A DNA stretch of 64,000 nt from Haliotis cracherodii (lineage: Eukaryota): contig NW_027266330.1 in the NCBI RefSeq assembly GCF_022045235.1, positions 19,530,001 to 19,594,000 of the forward strand. Direction: 5' to 3'. The notes under the pieces are model-generated. The model saw only the letters and a list, made by a program, of their open reading frames with translations, did not search any database and was not told where the DNA came from. Within the stretch, counting starts at the first letter, position 1, and the number at the start of each line of letters is the position of its first letter. A program made the translations under genes and the position numbers. Of this stretch, positions 1 to 11,711 are shown one piece after another.

Positions 1-14
1 GTATCATTCCTTGT

Positions 15-208
15 CAGCTTAATGTGGGAGGAAAACCCGAAGTGATGCAGGTCTCAGACGTTTACCACTGTGAGGAATACCTACGAGCAGGGTATGGTGC
101 TGACAAACCTAGAAACATAATCGGGACGAACCGGGATTCGAACCCACAATTCACAGGACGCAATCTACACACCGATTTACGGTGCCTTCGACGACTGGGC
201 CACCTAGC
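15..208 (-). mobile_element. SINE family B copy (tRNA-like head), partial
   Basis: Reverse complement matches the full copies at 32776 and 40744 (gggtggcccagtcgt...tttctaggtttgtcagcaccataccc...cctcccacattaagctgac). Confidence 0.8.
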
Positions 209-1024
209 CCCTATTAAACATAGATTGCAACATGATCTGTGATTGGTCATTAAGGAACACATAATGCCCAATGAACAAATCGTTATTCGATCACGTGGTG
301 TGTCTATTTGGTCGTATATGTTCCAATCATTATGTAAGTCAATCAAGCAATTAATGATTACATTGACGTAACAATGTTGAAGTTTCACCCAGGCATAAAC
401 TGCCAATGAGCCCCAGATCATTGAGTCCCGTTTTACTTTACACAGACACATTTCATAGAATTCACCCCCATCAACCCGTAAATGCACCGGCGGATGCGAC
501 TAGTCGGCGGAGTCGTAGATGATGTTGGGTTGTTGCAATAGTTCTTTGACAGCGTTTTGGGCATAAAATGTTTGACATTGTGAAGCAGTATTACGTCTAT
601 GACAGATAAGCATACACTAGAACCATTCTGAACATGTCCGAGCTAATAACGTGAAGATATATTCAATCAAGTTTTGACTTTGAGTCCAAATTTCATAACT
701 TTCTCTCTTCAAATATATAATTCCGTAAATATAGTTTTACATAAATCTTTCTTGAACAGATCCTCGCATCAACATCACTCAAAATAAGTTTAGGAACGTA
801 TGTTTTATCTGCTTATATTTTGGCACTAGAATTAAATTTGCGATTGCTGAATCGGCGGAGCTAACACTCGCTCATATTGCAATGAATATTCAGTGTTATT
901 CATCTTAGACCAACATGTTGCAGGTTTCACAAAGAATACAGCAGGTACAGACTGGAATTGTCCGCTGAGCGTACATTCCATACAAGATGGGGTGTTTCCT
1001 AATATGGTTATGCTTACTGTAAGT

Positions 1025-1275
1025 AGGGGTATGGGTGACCCTGTCGTCGAATGCGCCGCGAACGGCTGTGAAGAGTTGCGTCCCTTAGGCGTGCCAGCAA
1101 CTTATGATCTAGGGTTCTGTTTTTAGGTTTGTTATCGTCATACCATTCCTTGTGGGTTTCACCAGTGGTAAAACGTCTGTGATTTGCATCGCTTCGGGCT
1201 TTCCTCCGACATTAACCTGCCACGCCGTGAGATAACTGGAATACTTTTAAAAGCAGCGTTAAACAAATCTTATCA
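1025..1275 (+). mobile_element. SINE family B copy, degenerate
   Basis: gagttgcgtcccttaggcgtgccag...gtgggtttcacc...cgccgtgagataactggaatac...aaaagcagcgttaaac matches family B. Confidence 0.7.
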
Positions 1276-4200
1276 CTTCGTCTAAGATGGAGACATCAAT
1301 TAGAGTATTGTTTGGGACGCAAAGCCACTCTCTCACGAAAACATAATACTTTTACTCTGCCTAGTTTTCGACAGCAGTGCCTTTACATCCAAATGATGTA
1401 TCCTGCCAATCGCCGTCTAACTGTTACATACAATAATTCATGTCATCGTAAATTCCATGTTTTATAAGTACATTTAGCAACTGAAAGATTATTGACGTGA
1501 AGCTTCCCAAATTGGTGGCCGATCCACAAACGATGGCTTTCGACAGTCATAACTTTATCATCAACACTAATGAGCTAACTTGACTTTCGGAAAGGGTGCC
1601 TTGAACTGATTGCATTCGTGACCAACTCGTGTAATTCCGAGTCAAGCGAGGCCGGGTACCGAAAGCATTTGTCACCACTCGTATGTTTCCGTAACCTACA
1701 AGGCTTGTCCCGGAATTGGACGAGTTGGTCACGAATGGTACCCAAAGAAGAGAGTTATGAAGAATGATCTGATTATTGACCACGTTTATAGTCGGAATTA
1801 TCCCGGGTTTTTTTCCGGAAATGTTCACGTGTCTTTTCGAAGTGTTTCTCACGGAAACTCCCGACGAGTCACGAACATTGCAACACAAATGTAACAATTG
1901 GAAACAACAACGACTTCGGTATCTTTCAGCCATGTTTTTGTCTTGGCAGAGTTCATCAAGAAAGTCATGAAGGGCCCCGACGGAAAAGAGGACGTCATCT
2001 GATCAATGTGCGCGCGCATCCAAATGTCAAACATTTAAGCTGTTTATTTATTATTTGACAAATAACATACGGTTAATAAATATAGTCATGCTAGGCTAGC
2101 ATATATATATAGTATATTGTCTAATTACGTACAATTCATATTTAGCATGTTAAATAATTATTGTTCATATTTAGTTGTATAGTGGTACAATTAAGGCTGT
2201 TGACTACAATCTGATGAGACAAATATGTGTGTATCTTTAACCAGAGGGCACTTACGCGTATTTATGTGTGTGAACGCATACAAGTGTTCTCTTGATTTCA
2301 GTGTAATATGAAAAAATACAACATAAGTCCTTTGTCGTTTTCCGCGAAGCAAAGACATAGTATGTCTAGATGCAAATATTGCTTTTAAGTACTTTAGATT
2401 TTGGCTGAGATACACTATTTGTGTCACCGGTTGGCGGGTTAAGCCTATATCGTGTTCGTCCTTATTAAACAGCCTTTAAGTTAACCAGACTACTTCACGT
2501 TTTGGATCATCCTCGTAACACAGGGGTATTATTTTGAACTGAGCTCCAAACACGAACTTGAGAGGCAGCCATAGTTAACCTCCAAACTATTTCCGTTTAC
2601 CGAACGACTTGTTCAAGCAAATCAGAATCGTATATAGTGGAATATTGATTTTTACAATTTCCCCGATATTTAAAATGCAACAACCTACATAAAATTAGAA
2701 TTATAAATGTTGCTTATAATGAGATGATCCCGTTTAAGTAGGTAAGGGATGGTTGTGTAGCCATGTTCCAAAGCGTTCGCTCGTCCTTTCAAAAGAGCCA
2801 GGTTCTATTCCCCAAAATGAATGCGTGGTCAATTGTTGGTATCCAAATTCGTTATATTGTTTTGAAAAGTCGGGTATAAATAGAGCCACGTCGGTTTAGT
2901 TTTACAGATAGTGAAAGTGACGTCACAGTTCACAAAATGATCGAACCTGTATGTGGAACATATAGCCCTGAGTTACGAGGATGGAGTCCGTCACGACTTT
3001 CTTCATTTGAGTGTTGACATTCAGCTGAGAAAATATCTTTTGTCTTGGGTATTATTTTGTACATTTTGCACTTGGTTCTATTTCAGCTGTATCTGTTGAT
3101 AAATTTACAAATATTGTAAACTTGGGACGCAATTTTCATGGTTATCGCTGGACAGAGGGGAAAGGTTTATTTTACAAGTTCATGTTGAAATGATGGTCCG
3201 GTTTTGAGCTCCTTTTGGATACTTTTTATATCTGTTTCGTTTTACTTTTCTCAAGTTATTTTGCTCATGTTTTGCATATATACAAAACAAGACACAGACC
3301 GATCACGAAAAATTAGAAGTAAATGTAAATGTGACATATAGATGAAAATTCTAGATGAAAAGTAATTTCGGATCAAAGGGAGACAACCCTTTCAAGCCTA
3401 AATCATCTTATGTAGATAATATTGTCTTGAGATTCCTTATATTTTTCAAAACACAAAAAATGTAATTTTATCTAAGCGTATCAGTATTACTGCTGTCAGC
3501 TCATCTTTCTTGTCTTCATAAAAAAGTGCTCATTACATGTTCTATTTATTGATATTTTACTACATATGCTCAAAATGTGTTTTGTTGTACCATTCGGATG
3601 CCCCGTAACACTGCAGACAAACCTGTAATGTATATTTAATTTGAAGACTGTTTTCTGACAATACATCTTTTAGAATGAAATAACAGTCGTATTGCTCTGT
3701 AATCAATAGGATGATTATTTTATTTCGGAAAAGAAATCCATACAATTGTAACAGAACAGACCATTTATTAAATCAAGCCATATCAGGCAGTTCAAGTATA
3801 TTCTGTTACTAGGCAACCGTCGTTAACTAAATACACCAGACATCCATCGGAAGAGTGTTGTTGACTTTAGAGGAGATTATAGACATTTAAGTAACACAAT
3901 TCCATATATAAATGTCATGAAAAATACATGAATAAATATGCATTTGATTTCTATTTCCATACCATTAAGGAGTTTTAGTGTAACATTTACAAGAGTCAGA
4001 ATTATGACTTGCCTAATAAAATAGAATACATTTTTTAAAGAAATATTAACAAATCAATTTGACATCTAAATCTAGCTTTCACAACTGGATTTAATTTTGT
4101 TTCTGTTTCACGTGCATTTTTCTTCTTCTCCATTTGTTTATTTGTTTATGTTTTACGTATTGATATATTATTATTGTTTTGTCTGCTTGTGGTTGAAGGG

Positions 4201-5976
4201 TAAATCTCTATTTTACTACTAATGTCTCATGTTGTATCATAAAGCTTAGCTTCATTTTACACATGTATTTATGCACTTCAACTTATGTCTAAGCATACTA
4301 TATAACATGTTGGCGCTCAGTAAAACATTCCTGCAAATGTGTTTGATGCTTATGTTGTTTATTCAAAATGGGGATCTGATGGTCACAATGGGTAGGAGTG
4401 TCGCTTTCAGGCTCCACTGAGCTAAATAGAATCAGTTGTGTGGCCAGCAGCCTTCGTATAGATGAGGCTCGCAGTGAAGAAGCTTGCAGCTGTGATTGGA
4501 TAATATTGTGTAAGATTTTCATGTTTTTTTTAAAGTAGATCCACCAAGTAGTTAAAATTGACCACGTTCTTTTGCAATATATAGTGCTGTTTGTTTAACA
4601 TCATTACTTATAAATGAATTTGTCCACAGATATTTTCAAGTAATTACCATTTGGTGCAGAACTGCTGTTGGGGTTTAGTTTCCTGTACCCGCTATGGACA
4701 CAAGTACATGGATGTGCTGCCTAAATATGTTTTTAAAACATATGTTTTAAACGTATTTATAATTTGTGAAGCTGGATTGGTAAACAAGTAAAGACGTATG
4801 CCAATACTACTCCAGTTGTCATAAATTATAATGTACAGTCAAGGTTAATAATAAGGTAATTATATTGTATAAAAACACAGTTGTCGACTCTGAACATGCT
4901 GAAGTCAAACGCTGTAAGCAAAAATCAGATACATTTGAGATTAATCAATAGTTTGCACTGGGAACAAAATGGGATATCTGCCAAAGGCTGATATGAAATT
5001 ATGAACAGGTATTAGTATTAAATTTTCTAAATTAAACTTTGCTGTAACATTTGCTTTTAAATAAAGAATAGAGTTTACATCATAACCTTTAGAGTAAAGA
5101 TACATGTTTCTTCTTATGCCGGTGTAGAAATTGTGAAGTGCATCTTCATGGTGGTAGCCACAAGAACAATTTGGATAAGCTGATATAAACATTAGCATAG
5201 AGGTAACTACACCCAGGTCTCAGGTGACAGTGCACAATTTGGTTGAACCTAGAGCCATTATTAATATCAAATTTGTTGCATTGCATTTCATCACCTTTCA
5301 TCATTCTTTTGAAAGCATTCAATGTACTAGTTTAAGTATATGCAACAGGCAAGGTATTCCAGGGTTTGACTGGAGCAGGAAGACAAGAATGTGCATAGCT
5401 TGCTGTTCTGCAATTTAGTGTCTCTAATTTAGAGCTATTCCTTAGGTTGTAGTCATTAGTATCTGATACTTTAGGTGGGACGAGATCACAGAGATAGCTA
5501 GGTGCAAGGTTAATGAACACTTTGTAAAAAGTATTTAAGTTTGGTTTGATGTCTTATTTCACTAAGAGGCAAACAATTTCATTCGGTATATTGTTGCAGT
5601 GACTCGTACCAGGAACCGCCCCACATATTGCCCCAAGCGCATCTAGGTTAAGCCTCTTTTCAAGCAACAGAGACTGCTCCTTTGAACAGTTATCTCAGAT
5701 GTGGCAGCAATACTAGGAATTGTGCAGCATAAAAGAGGTGTACATAGTTTCCAATGTTTTCCTATTTAAACGATATTTAAAACATCTGAGACAGTTTATA
5801 ATAGGACTTACTTTTTTAACTATTTCACTGATGTGCTCACTCCGAGAGCAGTCGTTTTGGAGAATAATTCATAAATGTTTGTGGGATTGAACTTCCTTGA
5901 TGATATTGTCACTCATTTTAGTTAAGGTTTAGGATTAGGAGTTACTTTACGGGTGGACTGGGTAGAAATTCTACTT

Positions 5977-6171
5977 GAGTGAGTGAGTGAGTGAGTGAGT
6001 GAGTGAGTGAGTGAGTGAGTGTGGTTTTACGCCGCTCTTAGCAATATTCCAGCAATATCACAGCGGGGGACACCAGATACGGGCTTCACACATTGTAACC
6101 ATGTCGGGAATCGAACCCGGGTCTTCGGCGTGACGAGCAAACGCTTTAACCACTGGGCTACCCGACCGCCC
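5977..6171 (-). mobile_element. SINE family A (tRNA-like head with GTC anticodon-like loop, (CACT)n tail)
   Basis: A-box/B-box head (tagcccagtggttaaagcg...gggttcgattccc), shared tail, 7-bp TSD tctactt at 5970-5976 and 6172-6178. Confidence 0.9.
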
Positions 6172-7461
6172 TCTACTTATAATTAAGTCATTATTCAGGA
6201 AGTTTGTAGCAATGGTCGGGTCTTCCACATGACATATATTGACGCGTCATCTGCAAAATACTGTCATTACCTTCCACAATATCATTTATATAAATAAAGA
6301 ATAATAAAGGCCCCAGTACTGATCCTTGTGGTACACCGACCATCACTGGCTTTACATTAGAACTGTAACCGTGAATGTTACCTTCTACGTACTGTTTTCT
6401 AACTAAGTAACTCTTAAACCAATAAATAATTTCCCTTGGTGCCACACGAGTTAAGTTTGAGCATGATGACCTTGTGCCAAACTATATTAAAGCTTTACTG
6501 ATATCACACAAAACGGCTCCAATTTCCTTGCCGTTATCTACAGCATGTGCTCTTAAGTCGTAAAAAATACGTTAATTAATATGAAGTGGAAATACCAGGC
6601 ATAAAGCCAGATTGTAAATTTGTGAACATATTGTTATCTCTGAAGTAATTGAATACATACTTAAACATACGTCACGATATGGCTGAAATATTGCCCATGT
6701 GACGTTAAATACTAACTCACTCACTCACTTAAACATACATTTTTTCAAATACCTTTGCTATGTAGCTTGAGAGTGCTACAGGTCTATAATTAGAAAAGTC
6801 ATTTTCAATATCTTTCTTATAGATAGGAATAACTGATGTCGCTTTCCAAATAACCGAAAAATGTTGAATTCTGGAGGGACATATTAATCAGTTTTACTAA
6901 TATTGGTGCTAATTTGGTGGCAGTTAATTTAAGTAATCTGTTTCCTCTCCCATCGGGCCCTGATGCTTTAGTTCGTGTCTTCTGAAGAAAGATACCCTCA
7001 ACCTCTTTACAACTAAGTGTAATGTCATATAAGGGAATATCTATATTTTTATCAATATCAACAAGGTGTAGATACTGTCCGATCTACAAAAAGGTCATCG
7101 TATCCCAATTGCGTGGATCGATGCTCATGATGTCAATCACTGGATTATCTGGTCCATATAGCTGGAATCAATGGAGGAAAGCGTACCTCCGTGGTATTAT
7201 TTTCACTACAAACCACCACATTTATGTTCCATGTGTATCATATATTTTTCTGTCAGTCGTTAAAACATACCCTCCTTAGTAACTTTTATGTCTTAATGAA
7301 CTAAGTTTTGTTCAGTCGTTTGGCATGTTTCGCCTTTCAACAATCTGGTGCTGACGATTACGTTTTCTGATCAATCTGTGTACCTCGTTTTTCATCCAAG
7401 GCGGATCCCTAGGTCTTATTGTTACTTCTTTACTTGGTATATGTTTGGTACATATGTTTTT

Positions 7462-7770
7462 AACCGAATCCGTGGTCTAGTGGTAGAGCATCCGCCCGGA
7501 GAGCGGAAGGTCCGGGGTTCGATACGCGGTCGCGTCGTACCAAAACACGTTAAAATATGGTACTTGTTGTTACCCTGCCTGTTAAGGGGCTAAAACAAGG
7601 ACTGTGTCTGAGTGGGGTATTCATGTTAAACTGTGAGCGCAGTGAGCTAGTACAATAAAATCGGTACCAGTCCGAACTACGCACACACACACACACACGC
7701 ACACGCATACAATTGCATGCACGTCGCTATGTAATAAGCTTGGACGTGACGTTAAACCTCATTTCACCTG
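7462..7770 (+). mobile_element. SINE family C
   Basis: ccgtggtctagtggtagagc...ggttcgat head, core ggtacttgttgttaccctgcct, CA run, gacgttaaac tail; paralogous to 28943 and 53725. Confidence 0.85.
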
Positions 7771-9329
7771 ACATTTATATTTAACTAAAGTGGTCAAAGC
7801 CCCTTCTATTAGTGTACGGTTTCCGAGGACAACAAAGAGTCCAGTGTGTTGTTTAAGACCATCTACACCAGCAAGGGCATAATTGTAAATCTGCCTTATA
7901 ATTTTGACTTCTATGGACAGTACCTACATATAGTGGGCAGTGGTCACTGCAAATCGTATCTAAAACACCCGTACGTTATTAACAACATTTGTCACGAACA
8001 ATAAATCAATCAAAGTGCAAGAAATAGGTCTAATTCTAGCATGATCTTGGTCAAACCATACATTAATTTTAGAGAATAAATTTTAAATTTGCTGTAATGA
8101 AGAATGTCTAAATTAAAATCGCCAGCTATAATAGTACACATATCTAAATCAAAAGCGTTTCCGACTTAATGATCAATGAGTTCCAAATAAGCTTTACTCC
8201 TATCTGTCCGGTAAAATGTGAATATGAGTTAACTAGTACGATGTTTAATCTGTACTCATAAAGTTTAAAGACGGAAATATTCAACTTACCCATATACCTG
8301 ACCTGGTTGCTTTTAACATACACAGCGATGCCTTCCCTCGAGCTTGCCTGTCTTTTCTAAAGGGTGGATAAAATCCAGGAATACAAATATCCCTCTCATG
8401 AATAAGCGCCATGAAGCCATGTTTCAGTTAAACAGATTACATAGTAAGAGTGAAATTCCACTAGTAATAAATCAACATTGTCCTTTAAGCTTCGTACATT
8501 AAGGTGGATGATATTATAATTTCCCCAGTGGTTGTAAGACGGCACGGGTTGGGATGAATGTCCCCACAACATAAGAGTCAAAAGGAAAGACATCTTCAGG
8601 TCATAAAGGAAAATGGCATATAATGCATATTAACAGTTTGAAATTTGCACATATCCCTAACATGTGTCGAGATTGCGAAAAAAACAACTGCTTGTCTGTA
8701 CTGTGTTCAGTCAGCAGACATCGAAAGTTAGAAGCGAATGTTCTGCACAAAAAACAGCGGGATAGTATATTTTCTACATACAGTTTTTATTGGAAATATA
8801 TTTAAACACAACAGGCAACAACTGATGACCAAAATGTCATCAGCAAGAAGAGAAAATAACGAGTGCAAAAGAGCCGAAACACGTATAGTGTCGAAATACA
8901 AACTACACAGGTAAATGGAAGATTAATGTTAATCATCATTCAAGGAAAAAAATATCCAAAATGGAAAGTATTGAATCATGAAATAGGTTTTTCGTATGAT
9001 CAACAAGTGTGGGCGAATGTCCCAGCTAACAGAAGAGCAACATTAATTTGCAGTGACGTTTTACGCAGTAACGGGTTGAACGTGAAGCAAGCGCTGCACT
9101 CTTTGCACAGAGTGAAAGCAGGCTGCTGTTATTGTCTTTTCATTGAGAAGAAATATCACCTTCAGGCCGTTGGATTTCACCACCTTGACAGACTACCACA
9201 GTGAGTTATAGTACATTAGTTCACCAGCAACTGAATGTGTCACTGTGGTTGACACACTATTGCACGCTAATTTTATTAAATATATCTGGGTCGTTTGCAA
9301 TTTTAGCATGAAGAAGCACGTGGGAAACT

Positions 9330-9930
9330 TTCATAACTTGAGACAGATGTATCATATAAAAAACATCAACCCACATAAATGAGTCTTGTGAAATTAATAA
9401 TAAACATCAACCCACATAAATGAGTCTTGTGAAATGTATAATAAATATAAACCCACATAAATGAATCTTGTCAAATTCATGATAAATATCAACCTACATT
9501 AATAACTTCTGTGAGAGTTATAATAAATATATCTTCACATTTAAGAGTCTTGTAAAATTTATAATATGTATCAACCATCAATATGTATTAATGTTTATTG
9601 TGAAACCTATAAGACACATCAACTCTAATTAGTGAGTCTTGTGAATCTGTTTTACAAATATCAACTCACATTAAATATCAATCCACATTAAAGTGTCTTG
9701 TGAGAATATTTGACAAGTATAAGCTCATTAATGAATATTATAAAACAATTTTTTTCATGAGTCGTGTGGACAAGGGATTTTGGTTTCAAACTGATAGCAT
9801 AATGTGATCAAAGTAACAAGTAGGGAACTTTCATCACTTGTGAAGACTATAATAAACATCAGCTCACTTTTATGTCCAATTATTAACTCTCATTAATGAC
9901 TAATGTAAAACTTGTGAACTATCAACCCAC
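9330..9930. repeat. Degenerate ~41-bp tandem repeat
   Basis: Recurrent unit aaacatcaacccacataaatgagtcttgtgaaattaataat. Confidence 0.75.
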
Positions 9931-9940
9931 AAAACATATA

Positions 9941-10102
9941 CAGTAAACTAACGTTATAACGAACTAATTTTAGTTCGTTATAACCTTAGTTAGTTATAAG
10001 CATGTATACAGCATAACTACAGCAAATAGTCAGGACCAAAAATATAGTTCGTTATATCCGTCAGTTCGTTATAAGCGTGTTCGTTATAACCGTAGATTAC
10101 TG
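9941..10102. mobile_element. Tc1/pogo-type MITE
   Basis: TA|cagtaaacta...tagattactg|TA termini with internal gttataacgaac repeats; a second copy lies in opposite orientation at 41193. Confidence 0.75.
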
Positions 10103-10756
10103 TAACGTTACTATAGAAGTCTGTAGGAAAACATTGGGTTGCGGGTAACCTACTTGTACGGCGATTTGTGTTATTTATTCTTCGTTCCATGCAGTTGTCT
10201 CTCCTTTCCCGAATGACATTATATTCGACCAAATCGGGGATTGGATGGTGAAAATGGTTTAGATTGCTGGTGCATAGATTCGAGTGTAATAAGACTCGAT
10301 GGGAGCGGATCTTGGCGTGCAGTGGTCTAAGACGTCACCAGATGCGTCCGTTCTCTGCCATGATCAGCAAGACCTGGATTCGGACCCATCATTCCGCCAT
10401 TAATTATTATTGACCTTTCAGCACCGACCAGCTTACCCTATGTTCTCATCAGTTCAATGTTCAACGTCAGGTGTTTCTGTTAGCCTCGGAAACGTTCTGC
10501 ATGTCGCTACGTGAGCCCCACACAACAGCTGCCACTCGATCTGGAATCCCATTTTACTTTCGATGAACGCAAGTGTACGTATTTCGAGGGAAATGATTAA
10601 GGAAGGGAATTGCCAGCCTCTATTTCCAGGGCTCGCATCTCGGGAAACCTACACTAACACCTTGATCCATTCCCCTGATTACCCGACCTTGGTTTATATT
10701 AGCAATTTTGATTGGCTACTCCACTCAGTCTAACGGACCAATCAGAATGCGACTTA

Positions 10757-11116
10757 AGCAGCTCTCACACTTTGCCGAGGTGGTTGCCGAGCTCTCCCGA
10801 GCCTAACTCGGTTAGGACTCGGGAAGAGACTACATATATACGAGTATCATACGAGTACGCTACGAGTGTGTTACGAGTCCAATAGGAGTCTAATAGGAGT
10901 CTATTAAGAGTTGCATACGAGCACAACGATCTCGATACGAGCTGTACGAGTTTGGTGCGAGTTTAGTACGTCTTTGGTACGAGGTGGCTACGAGCTGCTA
11001 AATGATTCGGCGGGAATTAGCTCATATTAGACTCGGTCAATTCGGCAATAAATTTTGCAGACGATCCTCATACGAGTTCTGTACGAGCACCACGAGGTAC
11101 TACGAGTAGGAAGAGT
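10757..11116 (+). mobile_element. Probable DNA-transposon end (Harbinger-like terminus) with 11-bp periodic TACGAG subterminal array
   Basis: Begins ttaa-gcagctctcacactttgccgag, followed by TACGAG-type motifs mostly spaced 11 bp apart. No partner TIR found. Confidence 0.45.
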
Positions 11117-11311
11117 GTGATTGATGCTCAGGAGCCACACTCTCACAACTACGAAGACGGGCAGTTCATTATCTCAGGCCTTGACACGCCCCAAAGTGTA
11201 AAAGAATCTGCCAACTACTGCCGTGACCCATCACGTAGCGGGTATTTGTGGTGTGACACCTCGAATCCAAAGGCACGTCGGGAAAAGTACGATGTCCCTA
11301 TGTGTTCCACG
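11117..11311 (+). pseudogene. Degenerate kringle-domain exon fragment
   Basis: Translation DAQEPHSH...ANYCRDPSRSGYLWCDTSNPKARREKYDVPMC matches the kringle consensus (W.SQ.PH.H...NYCRNP...PWCYT.DP..RWEYC.VP.C) but has lost conserved Y/W/C residues. TEs abut it on both sides. Confidence 0.75.
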
Positions 11312-11601
11312 TGTAACCTGGGTCCTTTTTCTTGATCTTCGCAATCAGGAGACACCACAGCAGGAACACAACAACTTGTTTCAAGTTGAGATAAGTTTTA
11401 TTTAAACGGTTTTGAATAAGGTAAAACAGATACCGCACATACGTGCTGGCAGCAATCTGAGTTACTTAGGACCCTCTGACCTATCTACTTGCGTCCCGCA
11501 AACCGTTCTCCCCGAATGACGATTTTCCACCTCGTTTTATCCTTAAACTTTTCTACGTCATTCTAATGATAAATTACTATGATGTCACGAGGTTGACCAG
11601 C
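11312..11601 (-). repeat. Outer element 3' LTR (partial; most of U3 absent)
   Basis: About 97% identical to 26018-26315 plus one indel; similarity stops abruptly at 11601. Confidence 0.9.
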
Positions 11602-11711
11602 CACACTTTTCACTTTTGTCTGCACACTTATTATCCACACCGTAGCCGCTAGTTGAACGCCTTCATTCACTTGAAACACACCGTAATTCCCCGCCATTTC
11701 GTTGAGAGTTC

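Larger units (their letters stand above)
4720..8600 (-). mobile_element. Decayed CR1/L2-type LINE (ORF2 remnants) interrupted by several SINEs
   Basis: Collinear - strand remnants: APE N-terminus (HLNVRSL...ICLTETWL, 8396-8593), RT motif GVPQGSVLGPLLFFIYIND (6191-6445), post-RT APSYLCDLVP...YNLRN...WNTLP (5332-5520), C-terminal CSCG...EDA.H (about 5160). Many stops and frameshifts; boundaries approximate. Confidence 0.8.
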
